The position numbers were made by a program, and so were the translations under genes. The notes under the pieces are model-generated. The model did not search any database. It was not told where the DNA came from and worked only from the letters and a program-made list of their open reading frames with translations. Below are positions 9,364 through 19,021 of a stretch of 47,379 bases of DNA, piece by piece. Numbering within the stretch: position 1 is the stretch's first letter; the number at the start of each line of letters is the position of its first letter. The DNA is from a virus (lineage: Duplodnaviria; Caudoviricetes), in IMG/VR virus record IMGVR_UViG_3300019996_000008, positions 1 through 47,379 of that record. One strand, written 5' to 3'.

Positions 9364-9792
9364 ATGATGCTAATTATTGAAATATCTATCCTTGCAGCTT
9401 GCATCACATTATTTCTTAACTACTGTATTGGAAAACCAGCTAGTGATTTCTCGCCCTATGAAATATTTTCATCATATACAATATGGCTATCTATTCGCAG
9501 ACTTAAAAATGTTGGGCTGTATGATCAATACTCAGAGCAATACCACGATAACTTGCAACGAGTGAAAACTAAGTATGAGGTTGTAAGCCTGAAGAATGAT
9601 TTTAAGAAAATGCTATATAATGCAGCCGACCCGTATTTTACTTGGGAACGAGCAGTTGGGATGTGTCCGGTATGTACTGGTTTTTGGGTTTCATTGATAA
9701 TTGCTATCTTAGCTACTGGTAATATCTTACATATAATTGAAATTGTTGTATTTTCACATATTATTATTAGGATTGCAAATAAGTTACTATGA
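9364..9792 (+). CDS. Membrane protein with CxxC motif (DUF1360-like)
   Basis: N-terminal hydrophobic helix; CPVCTGFW at the start of a C-terminal TM hairpin. Confidence 0.55.
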   Translation: MMLIIEISILAACITLFLNYCIGKPASDFSPYEIFSSYTIWLSIRRLKNVGLYDQYSEQYHDNLQRVKTKYEVVSLKNDFKKMLYNAADPYFTWERAVGMCPVCTGFWVSLIIAILATGNILHIIEIVVFSHIIIRIANKLL

Positions 9793-10007
9793 CTTGGGAG
9801 GATGTTAAACAATGGGTAGTTAGAAAGGCGATAGTTACTTCCCCGTATAAAGAATATTGGGCGGCATCGGTAACATTGGGAGGGCTAGATATTAATTGTA
9901 CTGGGGTTTCGATAGAACAGGCTTATGTTCTTTTAACAGAAAAAATATTTAATTCAGGGTACTTATTAGCTAGTCTTACTGAAATTAAATCAAGATCAAT
10001 ACTATGA
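9789..10007 (+). CDS. Hypothetical protein
   Basis: ATGA overlaps on both sides. Confidence 0.6.
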   Translation: MTWEDVKQWVVRKAIVTSPYKEYWAASVTLGGLDINCTGVSIEQAYVLLTEKIFNSGYLLASLTEIKSRSIL

Positions 10008-10525
10008 CTGACCTCGTTAAACTATACAACCCTGCTAGTGCTGCTGGACTTACCCCAGATCATGTTGCGGGGCTTCAGAAACTTACTGACAGTGAATTAA
10101 AAGAACTTGCAAAGGCCTATCCTAATGTAACAATGCAACGGGCTTACCTTTTAATTATTGATACTCGTAAATCACCCGATAAGCAACTTCCAACATTATC
10201 TAGTTTTGAGAATTTATACAACCTCAGGACTAAGAATAACATGAAGAGTTATGTAGCTTATAACTTTAAAGGATACAAAGCACCGAATAAGCAAGTAACT
10301 ACGAAAGGTAAATTAGTTAAGAAGAAGGTTGAGGTACTTGATTTAAGTGATGCTGAGTTATTGACATTACCAGGTTTCAAATCAATACCGATTGCCAGTG
10401 TGCCTGTAAAGAAGGTTGGAAAGTCGGTTAAGAAAGAAATAGTTGATATGGTCACTGATGATTTAAAACAGGCAACACAAAATACATTTAATACCCTATT
10501 ATCTGAGCAAAACAAAACCCAATAA
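10004..10525 (+). CDS. Hypothetical basic protein (head module)
   Basis: Coupled ORF upstream of the scaffold; Lys-rich C-terminal half. Confidence 0.6.
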   Translation: MTDLVKLYNPASAAGLTPDHVAGLQKLTDSELKELAKAYPNVTMQRAYLLIIDTRKSPDKQLPTLSSFENLYNLRTKNNMKSYVAYNFKGYKAPNKQVTTKGKLVKKKVEVLDLSDAELLTLPGFKSIPIASVPVKKVGKSVKKEIVDMVTDDLKQATQNTFNTLLSEQNKTQ

Positions 10526-10528
10526 TAT

Positions 10529-11410
10529 ATGCCCAAACACATTCAGGATATTTTAATCGCCGCTGGCATCCCGGCTGAAGATGCTGAAAAAATTGACTCG
10601 CTACCTGAAGCTGATCAGGCCACTTTCGATTCAAAGCCTTATATGGATAAGGTGAAAGAAAGTTATAAAACACAATTCCAGAACGATCCTGAATTTTTTA
10701 CTGATCTTACTTTAGAGAAACTACCACCTGCTGTTAAAAAGAAAGTTGAATCAGCTCAGTATGGCAGGGCAGCAAACGTAATGCGTGATAAGTTTCTAAA
10801 GGGTTTGGGTATGAGTGATGCTGATATAGCGGATCTTACTGATGAGCAGCGTGAGAAGTTGGAGCAATTCATCCCAGCAGTTACAGAGAAGTATGCAAAA
10901 AGTAAATCAAGCGATAAGAAGTTGCAAGAAGATTTAATCGCCGCAAGAAAAGAATTAGAGAAGTACGGACCTGATTATGAAAAGGGTATTGAATCTAAAT
11001 ACAACACATTATCTGAGCAAAAGATAGCTGCTGCAATATTCAGAGCTAATTTGATCGGTGAGCTTTCCCGCATACCGGGTCTTAAAATATCAGCTTCAGA
11101 TATTGCTAAAACTGCTGATGAAATTGTTAATAGCAAATATGCTTTCGAAAGGGTTGGTGATTTCGGAGTTGAATTGAGACAAAAAGCAAACCCTCAAATG
11201 AAAGTTTTGAAAGATAATTCGTCACATGAATTAACTTTGTCAGAGGCATTACTTGAAATAGCGAAGGAGAGGAAATGGGTTGAAGAAGAAAAGGAGCATA
11301 AAAACGGTAGCGGAGTAATTAAAGTAACACCAGGTAAAGAAGGCTTGATGGCCGGAATACCTCCACATTTGCAAGAACGTATAGGTAGTAAGATAAACGC
11401 TGCAAAATAG
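10529..11410 (+). CDS. Probable capsid scaffolding protein
   Basis: Charged, helical/coiled-coil, Cys-free; immediately upstream of the capsid gene; NGSG near the C-terminus. Confidence 0.7.
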   Translation: MPKHIQDILIAAGIPAEDAEKIDSLPEADQATFDSKPYMDKVKESYKTQFQNDPEFFTDLTLEKLPPAVKKKVESAQYGRAANVMRDKFLKGLGMSDADIADLTDEQREKLEQFIPAVTEKYAKSKSSDKKLQEDLIAARKELEKYGPDYEKGIESKYNTLSEQKIAAAIFRANLIGELSRIPGLKISASDIAKTADEIVNSKYAFERVGDFGVELRQKANPQMKVLKDNSSHELTLSEALLEIAKERKWVEEEKEHKNGSGVIKVTPGKEGLMAGIPPHLQERIGSKINAAK

Positions 11411-11526
11411 TAGCACATTGCCACGCACAGGCTCACAGGCAGAAATTTCGTTCCAAGTGAACTAAAAAACGTAGAGGATCAGGAGTGATCTTAAACACTA
11501 TTTAATCACTTTAAAAACGAAAAATT
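11411..11526 (+). promoter_or_regulatory. Structured leader of major capsid gene
   Basis: Shares AGGCTCACA, CTTAAA, TATTTAAT and AAATTATGCC with the tail tube leader; AGGATCA/TGATCTT hairpin. Confidence 0.45.
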
Positions 11527-12636
11527 ATGCCTTTTGGACAAGTTGGTGCGTATGCCTGTAGAGACCTACAAACCAAATTAATAGAACATTTCGGAGCCAA
11601 TGCAGCAGAGTTTAGAACACTCGGCTCAATCGGACTTCTGAAATTCCTTACCTCCCCTCAAAATACACGGGGCTTCCGTAAGATAGACGTTGAATCAATT
11701 CCCGGTAAGAAGCGTGGAGTTGCAATGTTAATTGATAATCCTTTCTGCTTTGATATTTGTTCTCTTTCTGCTGATTGTAATACAACCCGCATTGAGAATG
11801 ATAACCCAGCTCAGGAAGTAGTTTTTGATTTAACCGGTCCTGAATATCGTGTTTGTGATACCGCCTCAGGCGAATCTGGTTCATCTCCTGCCGTTCTTAC
11901 TTTCTCTGAAGAGGATTTAATGCGTTATTGCACAGAGACAGATACAAGCTATATCACCCGTCAAATCGCACGTTATAACAAGCGTTTTATTGAATCTCTT
12001 GATCAGCGGATCTTCGAGGTTCTATCTGCTCAGGTTGGAACTAATGGTGCTGGTGATTCAGTAACGAATCTGAAATTCTTTACTACTAACGCCGACACTG
12101 GTCAGTCGAACTTAAACGCTACTGCGGTTTTCTTCCTGAATCAATTCTGGAAAGATGCAGCTAATGACGGTCAGTTTGCATTGATCGGTGGACAAACTCT
12201 TGCTATGATCGCTGAGTTTAAGAAATGGCAGGGCTTGAATGACATGGGTGTTGATCTTAGAAACATCAACGAAGAAATTCCTTTCATTTATTATGATCGT
12301 AATTCAGACGGTGAACTTGGTTTGCATGACTTCCTTCAAATTGCTCCTGGTGCTGCTCAGTTAGTAACCTGGAATATGTTTAAAGGTGAGAAACGCAGAT
12401 CAGTTACTGATCTTTATACGCATGATACGTTTATTGATCCTGCAACTGGTATCGAAGTTGATTACCGTTGGTATTTTGATTACAAGTGCGGCAAATGGAC
12501 TTATGAGCCGTTTTTGTTTGCAGAATTAGCGGTTAATGCTCCGGGTGGTTGTGGTGAGAATCTGGAAGGAGTTAACGGTATTGTTCGTATTCACGATTGC
12601 TCTGATACTTCAGGTGCAGTTTGTGAATCAGTTTAA
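11527..12636 (+). CDS. Probable major capsid protein
   Basis: 369 aa after the scaffold, followed by a strong terminator; 10 Cys. Confidence 0.75.
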   Translation: MPFGQVGAYACRDLQTKLIEHFGANAAEFRTLGSIGLLKFLTSPQNTRGFRKIDVESIPGKKRGVAMLIDNPFCFDICSLSADCNTTRIENDNPAQEVVFDLTGPEYRVCDTASGESGSSPAVLTFSEEDLMRYCTETDTSYITRQIARYNKRFIESLDQRIFEVLSAQVGTNGAGDSVTNLKFFTTNADTGQSNLNATAVFFLNQFWKDAANDGQFALIGGQTLAMIAEFKKWQGLNDMGVDLRNINEEIPFIYYDRNSDGELGLHDFLQIAPGAAQLVTWNMFKGEKRRSVTDLYTHDTFIDPATGIEVDYRWYFDYKCGKWTYEPFLFAELAVNAPGGCGENLEGVNGIVRIHDCSDTSGAVCESV

Positions 12637-12669
12637 TTGAAACTCCCCGTTTGTCTTTAATAGTTAACA

Positions 12670-12703
12670 AAGGGGAGAGTTTAATTATTCTCCCCTTCTT
12701 TTT
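12670..12703 (+). terminator. Intrinsic terminator after capsid gene
   Basis: AAGGGGAGA...TCTCCCCTT followed by CTTTTT. Confidence 0.8.
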
Positions 12704-12711
12704 AAAGAACT

Positions 12712-13095
12712 ATGTCAATAAATATTCAGCAGATTCCAAATGCTCCCGGAGGGTATAGTTTAACTGGCAAGAAGGTAATGGTTCATGATCAGACAGCTCC
12801 GTTAGCTACGTCAACTGTATTGGTAAATGCAACTAGTTTTGGAGGATCTGGAGGAGGCGGTTACGCAGCTCCAATATGGAAAGAAGCTGACGGTGATATG
12901 GTAGCAGGTCAAACAGACTTCAGTCATGCAGATTTAATAGGAGCAAGTGAAATGAATTATATTATAGTAAATAAGATCATAGAATTTATTGATGATGATT
13001 ATACTTTCGATATTGTAACAGGAACAATTGACCGTAGCCCTAACCAATGGTTTGCCGGTGATAAAATGATTACACCTTATAAACCTTCAATATGA
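12712..13095 (+). CDS. Putative virion decoration / fibre-anchor protein
   Basis: Gly linker GGSGGGG; DYTFD..TG.I segment typical of virion beta modules; no signal peptide. Confidence 0.45.
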   Translation: MSINIQQIPNAPGGYSLTGKKVMVHDQTAPLATSTVLVNATSFGGSGGGGYAAPIWKEADGDMVAGQTDFSHADLIGASEMNYIIVNKIIEFIDDDYTFDIVTGTIDRSPNQWFAGDKMITPYKPSI

Positions 13096-15728
13096 TGAAA
13101 AAAATATTATTACTTATATTATTATTTGCCGGGTTGATCACTAAAGCACAGTTTCCTAATACTATAACCGGAGGTAATAGTTCTACGCTTAATAAGCAAG
13201 CTGGGGCTTATGGTGCTAACTTAGGTTATGTTTGGACTGCTTCATACAGTGATACGACAGCAGCTAATTTATCATTTATAAAAAATGTACCTGGTATAGT
13301 TATAAGGATCGGGAATGATCTTTGGATGAGAAGCGCTAATGTTCTTGTATGGATTAAGATTTCAGGTAGCGGTTCCGGCGGTTACTTCAACCCCGATCAA
13401 ACGTCAACAGGCAATACACTTCACAATGGCAATAATAAAGATTTTGTAGTTGATTCATCTTCTAATATAACATATCATTTAAAGAAAGACCATGATTCTC
13501 AGTTTGACATATTTGCTTCACAAGGTTTTTTTGCTGGCATAGGAGAAATTGGGAGTTCTTATTATGGTTATTACGATTTGTGGCCTACGTTTAATGAAAT
13601 TTATTTAGGTGTTGATGACGGGGAAACAATGTTTAGTCAAACTCCTCATAGCGGGGGTGCAGAAACACATTTATGGTCAAGCTATATCGGACGTTCAGAC
13701 GTTGGTATAGAAGATGACAGAATTTATATTGATGCCAATGCAGGGCAGTTACAACTCGGCAATCTTACAAATCTATCAACTCAAAATAGATTACTTGGTC
13801 AGTTTGGTACATCTACACAAGTGGGGTATATAACAACTGGCTTTGGTGAATCATTAGCAAGCGGAGTTTTAAAAGTTGATTCTACAAGTATAGGGGTTAC
13901 GTCATGGGTAAGAACAAAAAAAGTAGTTGATAGTTTGGGAGCATTGATGGGCAGCGTACCAACACTTCAACAGGTATTAACAGCAGGAAGTATATTGACA
14001 AGCAGTAATACAATAACACAAGGCTCTAATCTTCTGAATTTTACCGGGACAGGGAGCTATGTTGCCAATTTCGTCACGACGGTAGCAACATCACCACTTG
14101 CAGCAACAGTTTTAGCTGTTCAAAGAAATACTTCAGGCAGCCCATCCAATAATATGTCAGGTGACATTGATATGTATGTAAACGGGTTAATAACAACAAA
14201 ACTCAGGTCAACACTTACCGACATAACTGGCGGCAGCGAAGATTCTAAATTTATTTTAAAAGGGTTAGAAGCAGGCGGCGATATAACATTATTAGACTTA
14301 CAACCAGACGGAACAGCGATAGTAAATGACAATGAAGACACACTTTCAACAAAAGCCTATGCAAGATCAGTTGGCGGAGGTGGGGGCGGAAGCGGAACAG
14401 TAAACACAGGCGCAAGCGGTAAAGCAACTTACTATCCTGGCGCAGGGACTACGGTTGATGATTTTGCAGCCGTTGATTACGCCACAAGCGGGACGAATGT
14501 AAAAATAACAACACAGAACACTACTGATGTAGGATTAGAAATAAAAGGCATTTCTTCTCAAGCGGGAAATCTATTAAACATTTCATCAAGTTCAGGAACT
14601 GGCGATTTAGCAATCATCACATCAGCAGGAGCATCCAGGTTTACAAGTGAAACAATTGGTACAGCATCAGCAAGAAAAATAGAACTATTTGCTAACGGGG
14701 AGGCCTTATTTACAAGCGATGCAACGGCTTCAATTTATGACCCTGATGCCTTTGATAATACACATCAAATATTTGGCGACAATAATACAAGACTATTGGT
14801 TTCAAGTGGCAGTGGGTATGACCATAGATTAGTGATGGTAACAGGAAATATTTCGGCTGTTTACACGGGCTTTATAGACGGTGGTGGTATTGGAATGGAA
14901 ACAAACCAGGCATTAAATTTTATCACTAACAAACTTGTAAGGGCAACAATAGCCGCATCAGGGGCTATTACTGTCCCCGAACAATCGGCTCCATCCACTC
15001 CGGCATCTGCGACTGTTGCTATCTATCCAAAATCAGACGGTTTATGGTATGGTAAAGACGATGCAGGGGTAGAAACAATGCTTAGTAATTCAGGAAGTGG
15101 TGGGCTTACGGTTGGAACTACAACAATAACAAGCGGAACGAGTACAAGAATACTTTATGATAATGCAGGCACACTTGGAGAGTACACAATAACAGGAAGC
15201 GGAACGGTTGTGGCTATGGCATCAGCTCCTGTATTTGCAACTACAGTAACCGCAACAAGCGCAAGCAATACTTATAAACTCGGTGGTTCACTTACGGTAA
15301 ATACTACTGATGTTGGTAATGTGGGAGTAGGAGAAGATGACCTGATGACTTACTCAGTCCCTGCCGGAATTCTTGCGGGAAATGGGGATTACATAGAATT
15401 CACCATGTCTTTTGATTTAGCAGCCAACGGAAACACGAAACAGGTAAAAGTAAAATTCGGAGCAACTACAATTTACGCAAGTGGCGCACAAGCGCAGAAT
15501 GACGGGGTGATAGAGATAACGGGTAAGATAATAAGAACAGGTGCCGCTACCCAAAGAATTACATATAGCGTAAGTAGTAACGCTACACTCTTTACAGATT
15601 ATGCAGACTATGTAACCTCTGCAGAAACATTAAGCGGGGCCATTACTTTGAAAGCTACCGGAGAGGCAGTAAGCAATGATGATATTATTCAAAAGATATT
15701 AACCGTGAAATTCTTCCCTAACAATTAA
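13092..15728 (+). CDS. Tail-fibre-like protein with Sec signal peptide
   Basis: MKKILLLILLFAGLITKA-Q; G/T/S-rich; PTLQQVLTAG, poly-Gly hinge and GSGTVVAMASAP fibre motifs. Confidence 0.7.
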   Translation: MMKKILLLILLFAGLITKAQFPNTITGGNSSTLNKQAGAYGANLGYVWTASYSDTTAANLSFIKNVPGIVIRIGNDLWMRSANVLVWIKISGSGSGGYFNPDQTSTGNTLHNGNNKDFVVDSSSNITYHLKKDHDSQFDIFASQGFFAGIGEIGSSYYGYYDLWPTFNEIYLGVDDGETMFSQTPHSGGAETHLWSSYIGRSDVGIEDDRIYIDANAGQLQLGNLTNLSTQNRLLGQFGTSTQVGYITTGFGESLASGVLKVDSTSIGVTSWVRTKKVVDSLGALMGSVPTLQQVLTAGSILTSSNTITQGSNLLNFTGTGSYVANFVTTVATSPLAATVLAVQRNTSGSPSNNMSGDIDMYVNGLITTKLRSTLTDITGGSEDSKFILKGLEAGGDITLLDLQPDGTAIVNDNEDTLSTKAYARSVGGGGGGSGTVNTGASGKATYYPGAGTTVDDFAAVDYATSGTNVKITTQNTTDVGLEIKGISSQAGNLLNISSSSGTGDLAIITSAGASRFTSETIGTASARKIELFANGEALFTSDATASIYDPDAFDNTHQIFGDNNTRLLVSSGSGYDHRLVMVTGNISAVYTGFIDGGGIGMETNQALNFITNKLVRATIAASGAITVPEQSAPSTPASATVAIYPKSDGLWYGKDDAGVETMLSNSGSGGLTVGTTTITSGTSTRILYDNAGTLGEYTITGSGTVVAMASAPVFATTVTATSASNTYKLGGSLTVNTTDVGNVGVGEDDLMTYSVPAGILAGNGDYIEFTMSFDLAANGNTKQVKVKFGATTIYASGAQAQNDGVIEITGKIIRTGAATQRITYSVSSNATLFTDYADYVTSAETLSGAITLKATGEAVSNDDIIQKILTVKFFPNN

Positions 15729-15732
15729 TACT

Positions 15733-16659
15733 ATGAAAAATATATTCTTGGCAATTCTTATTCTTTTTTCCTTCTCTTCTTTTGCTCAATTAAGAAGTGC
15801 AGGAACAGGGTCAGGTAGTATTGTTTATTCTACATCACCAACACTTGTCACGCCTAATTTAGGAACGCCAACTACTCTTGTGGCTACTAATGCTACAGGT
15901 ACGGCAGCCGGTCTTACTGCGGGAAACGTGACTACTAATGCCAATCTAACTGGAGATGTAACAAGTTCTGGAAATGCAACTACAATCGGAGCGTTAAAAG
16001 TGACTACGGGTATGCTTGCGGCTAATGCTGCTACTCTTGCAAAATTAGATGCAAGTAATGCGACAGCAAATAAAGTATTAATGTCAGGTGCAAGTGCATC
16101 ACCAACATGGAGTACGCCAACTTTCCCAAACGCTTCAGCTACGACGCTAAAGATTATTAAAAGCGACGGTACTAATTGGGTGGCATCAACAGAAACTTAT
16201 GCAGCTCCTTCTACATCTGGTAATATAATGATCTCAGACGGTACTAACTGGACAAGTGCGGTAAGATATCCTATTCAAGTTGCTACAGCAGATATTGCAT
16301 CAACAGCTTCGGCAACATCAACAACAACAATATTTACCCCTTCCGCAGACGGAATGTATCGGGTATCAGTTTATTTAAAAATAACAACAACTGGTACTTC
16401 TCCTGTAGCGGGGCCAGTTACAATAACCTATACAGATGCAGACGGGAGTGTAGCTCAAAGCCATGTATTGTTATTAGCAAACACAGTCGGTGCAGTTGTA
16501 ACAACAACAGTTAATAACACAACAACAACAGGTACTGTTTACGGAAGTATAGTTATGAATGCAAAAAGTGGAGTTGCTATACAGTATGCAATAGCCGTTA
16601 GTGGAACATTTGGCGCAGGAAGATATACTGCGCATTTAACTTGCGAAAGAATAAAATAA
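15733..16659 (+). CDS. Second fibre-like protein with Sec signal peptide
   Basis: MKNIFLAILILFSFSSFA-Q; GSGSIVYSTSPTLVTPNLGTP, LTGDVT and repeated SDGTNW fibre motifs. Confidence 0.7.
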   Translation: MKNIFLAILILFSFSSFAQLRSAGTGSGSIVYSTSPTLVTPNLGTPTTLVATNATGTAAGLTAGNVTTNANLTGDVTSSGNATTIGALKVTTGMLAANAATLAKLDASNATANKVLMSGASASPTWSTPTFPNASATTLKIIKSDGTNWVASTETYAAPSTSGNIMISDGTNWTSAVRYPIQVATADIASTASATSTTTIFTPSADGMYRVSVYLKITTTGTSPVAGPVTITYTDADGSVAQSHVLLLANTVGAVVTTTVNNTTTTGTVYGSIVMNAKSGVAIQYAIAVSGTFGAGRYTAHLTCERIK

Positions 16660-16668
16660 ACTATAATT

Positions 16669-16926
16669 ATGAAATATATATTAATTATCGCAGCAATCAT
16701 TTTTTCAAGTATAGTAAACGGGCAGACAAGCAAGGATACAACAGCTAAGAAAATAAAAGTCCCGGTTGATACAGCGTATATTCTTGGCGGGAATATTCCA
16801 GACTTCCAATTGTTATATAAAGCAATCAATACTCCAGGATCAGTGACAAGAGATGAAATATCTGTGCTGTTGGCATGGCTACAACAAATTAAAATGGTTG
16901 AAGTACCTAAAAAAGCAAAACAATGA
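16669..16926 (+). CDS. Small exported protein, possible fibre chaperone
   Basis: Signal peptide MKYILIIAAIIFSSIVNG-Q; short helical hairpin directly after the fibre genes. Confidence 0.5.
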   Translation: MKYILIIAAIIFSSIVNGQTSKDTTAKKIKVPVDTAYILGGNIPDFQLLYKAINTPGSVTRDEISVLLAWLQQIKMVEVPKKAKQ

Positions 16927-17354
16927 AAAAGATATTATTATTAATCATACTATCAATTTCCCTGAAGTCATTCAGCCAAAACATAGACACCGTTTATGTT
17001 CGTAATCTTTCTTTAAGGGCTGAGGATTGGTACTGGCTAAAAGCAAGTTGGACGCCACGGGATTCAACGGAGAAAAAAGTATGGAAGAAAATGAGAGTGA
17101 AATTAATCCTTGATGCTCCTGCTTCGAATACTACTATGGTGACGATTGATAGCATACCGGGACGATTAGCTTTATTTTTCTACTCAACCTTTTTAGGTGC
17201 ATCAAAAGGGGAGACAAGTAACATGACTAATAATATTTCTCAGAATATAAAAGCCTATACACCGATGCTTACGTTTACCACAATAGTAGATTTAACATTT
17301 ACGAATAGGTTTACAAATAACAGACAAAACGGTAAAGACGACTTTAATAATTAA
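16923..17354 (+). CDS. Exported hypothetical protein
   Basis: Signal peptide MKKILLLIILSISLKSFS-Q. Confidence 0.6.
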   Translation: MKKILLLIILSISLKSFSQNIDTVYVRNLSLRAEDWYWLKASWTPRDSTEKKVWKKMRVKLILDAPASNTTMVTIDSIPGRLALFFYSTFLGASKGETSNMTNNISQNIKAYTPMLTFTTIVDLTFTNRFTNNRQNGKDDFNN

Positions 17355-17365
17355 ATTTTAATATA

Positions 17366-17665
17366 ATGGCAAAGAAACCTCCGAAACCGCCGCATGGCAC
17401 TCCTCCAAACAATATTCCTGCTCCAGAAGGATTAGTAGCTACTATTAAATCAGATGGTGTTCTTCTACAATGGTACAGCGTTCCATTTGCAACAACTTAT
17501 TGGGTTTCCAGAAGTGACAGGGAAGCGTTAGGTGAAAAAGCTATTGCAATTATTACAGGAACAAGTTTTACAGATCATTACCCTGTTGCGGGGACTACTT
17601 ATAAAGTTGCGGCAGTTGTTGGTGATACTCTTGGGAACTTTTCAAATCCGGTAACTCCAATATAA
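17366..17665 (+). CDS. Single fibronectin type III-like domain protein
   Basis: PAPEGL..VLLQW..ATTYWVSRS..TSFTD..YKVAAV..G.FS pattern. Confidence 0.65.
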   Translation: MAKKPPKPPHGTPPNNIPAPEGLVATIKSDGVLLQWYSVPFATTYWVSRSDREALGEKAIAIITGTSFTDHYPVAGTTYKVAAVVGDTLGNFSNPVTPI

Positions 17666-17955
17666 TGGGAGCGAAATTTGATGCACTATTTAAGGCGTTT
17701 AAAGACAATCCTACTGCTGCAATTATGACGTTGCTAGTAATTGGCATTTCTGTTATGTTTACTATTAATCAAAAAACAAATTCTAGTGTTCAGGATGATC
17801 TAAGGAAAGCAAATAAAGATTGCGCTACTGAAAAATATGTCGTTCAGGTTCAGGTGGAACAATTAAGAGGTCAAATTGTTGATTTAACCGGAGCTTTCAA
17901 AGAACTTAAAGGTGAAATGAATACCCTTAGAAAACTTGGTATCGTAAAAGAATGA
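17665..17955 (+). CDS. Single-TM coiled-coil protein (holin/antiholin/i-spanin-like)
   Basis: One TM helix then a coiled coil; start of the lysis cluster. Confidence 0.45.
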   Translation: MGAKFDALFKAFKDNPTAAIMTLLVIGISVMFTINQKTNSSVQDDLRKANKDCATEKYVVQVQVEQLRGQIVDLTGAFKELKGEMNTLRKLGIVKE

Positions 17956-18713
17956 GAAATTTAATCTACATATTGTTTGTTTTTGCTTCCTGCAATAGTA
18001 GTTCTGAAAAAGCAAATCCGATACCTGTAAGTAATAAACCTTTAACTGATTCTATTTCGCTAATAGTTGACAGCCTTCAAGAGTGGACAGATGACCTTTC
18101 AAATGTTTCTGATTACGCTATCAAAGCTCAGTCTAAAATTAATCAGTTACAAAAAGAGAATAGAGAACTTGCTCAAAGAGCAGGAGAGAGTGAGCCACTA
18201 GCTTTTAAGTTTAACGAATACCCAGATAATAGAGATAAGCAAATAAGCGATTTGATTACTGAACTTTCTGCTCTTAAAAAAGAAAACGTAAGGCTTAGAA
18301 AACGTATTGAAGCAGATAGTTTAATTAAGTACGGCAAGATAAAGTCGATGCCTGATTACATCGACCAAGTGCCTAACGAACTAAAACCAAACGATAAAAG
18401 TTTAATTGTTACCTTAAATAAGAAATTAAGGGGTGATGGTGATATCTCTGAACAGGGTGTAAGTGTTTGGATAATGAAGTATACCAAAGACGCTAAAAAG
18501 GCTTTTAAGGGGTATGAAAGTTGTCAGCAAAAAGACTTAAATTTATTAAATGCTAAAGAGGCGAATTATTATCAAGGGCAGTATTTTTTCAATGACGTAG
18601 AACCCGGAAAGTATTTAATAAAAGTGTGTGCTTTGTTTGGAAACTGGATGGTGATTAATAAAAAGGATTATAAACAGGAGATTGAAATGTTGATGTCTCC
18701 ACCTATTCAATAA
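17952..18713 (+). CDS. Lipoprotein with coiled coils and C-terminal beta domain
   Basis: Lipobox FAS-C; GQYFFNDVEPGKYLIKV resembles carboxypeptidase-regulatory-like domains. Confidence 0.55.
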   Translation: MRNLIYILFVFASCNSSSEKANPIPVSNKPLTDSISLIVDSLQEWTDDLSNVSDYAIKAQSKINQLQKENRELAQRAGESEPLAFKFNEYPDNRDKQISDLITELSALKKENVRLRKRIEADSLIKYGKIKSMPDYIDQVPNELKPNDKSLIVTLNKKLRGDGDISEQGVSVWIMKYTKDAKKAFKGYESCQQKDLNLLNAKEANYYQGQYFFNDVEPGKYLIKVCALFGNWMVINKKDYKQEIEMLMSPPIQ

Positions 18714-18727
18714 CTAAAATTAAATGT

Positions 18728-19021
18728 ATGAGTACAACTACAACAACATCGAAGCAATTCACTCTTAATCTTAATGACTTTTGGAAGGGTTTGATAATGG
18801 CAGTTGGTGGTGCAGTATTTCAGATCATAGTTGATACAATCAATTCGGGTACTTTAACTTTTGATTGGAACTCAATCTGGAAAACAGCATTAGGCGCAGC
18901 AGTTGTTTATTTGGGTAAGAACTTTTTTACATCTTCAGCTATCGTTGTAAAAGATGTTCCAAAAGAAACAGTTGAAGCAGTTAAGGAAGGTGACGCAAAA
19001 GTTACTGTTACTAAGCAATGA
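18728..19021 (+). CDS. Putative holin
   Basis: 97 aa, two hydrophobic helices, DFWKGLIMAV..YLGKNFFT, charged tail. Confidence 0.6.
   Translation: MSTTTTTSKQFTLNLNDFWKGLIMAVGGAVFQIIVDTINSGTLTFDWNSIWKTALGAAVVYLGKNFFTSSAIVVKDVPKETVEAVKEGDAKVTVTKQ

Noticed and set aside
10498-11022. 15-bp direct repeat ATTATCTGAGCAAAA at 10498 and 11008
   Set aside because: One AT-rich 15-mer repeat is plausible by chance in 47 kb; no att or element context.
13092-16659. Diversity-generating retroelement or invertible fibre cassette
   Set aside because: No reverse transcriptase, invertase or template/variable repeat pair was seen.
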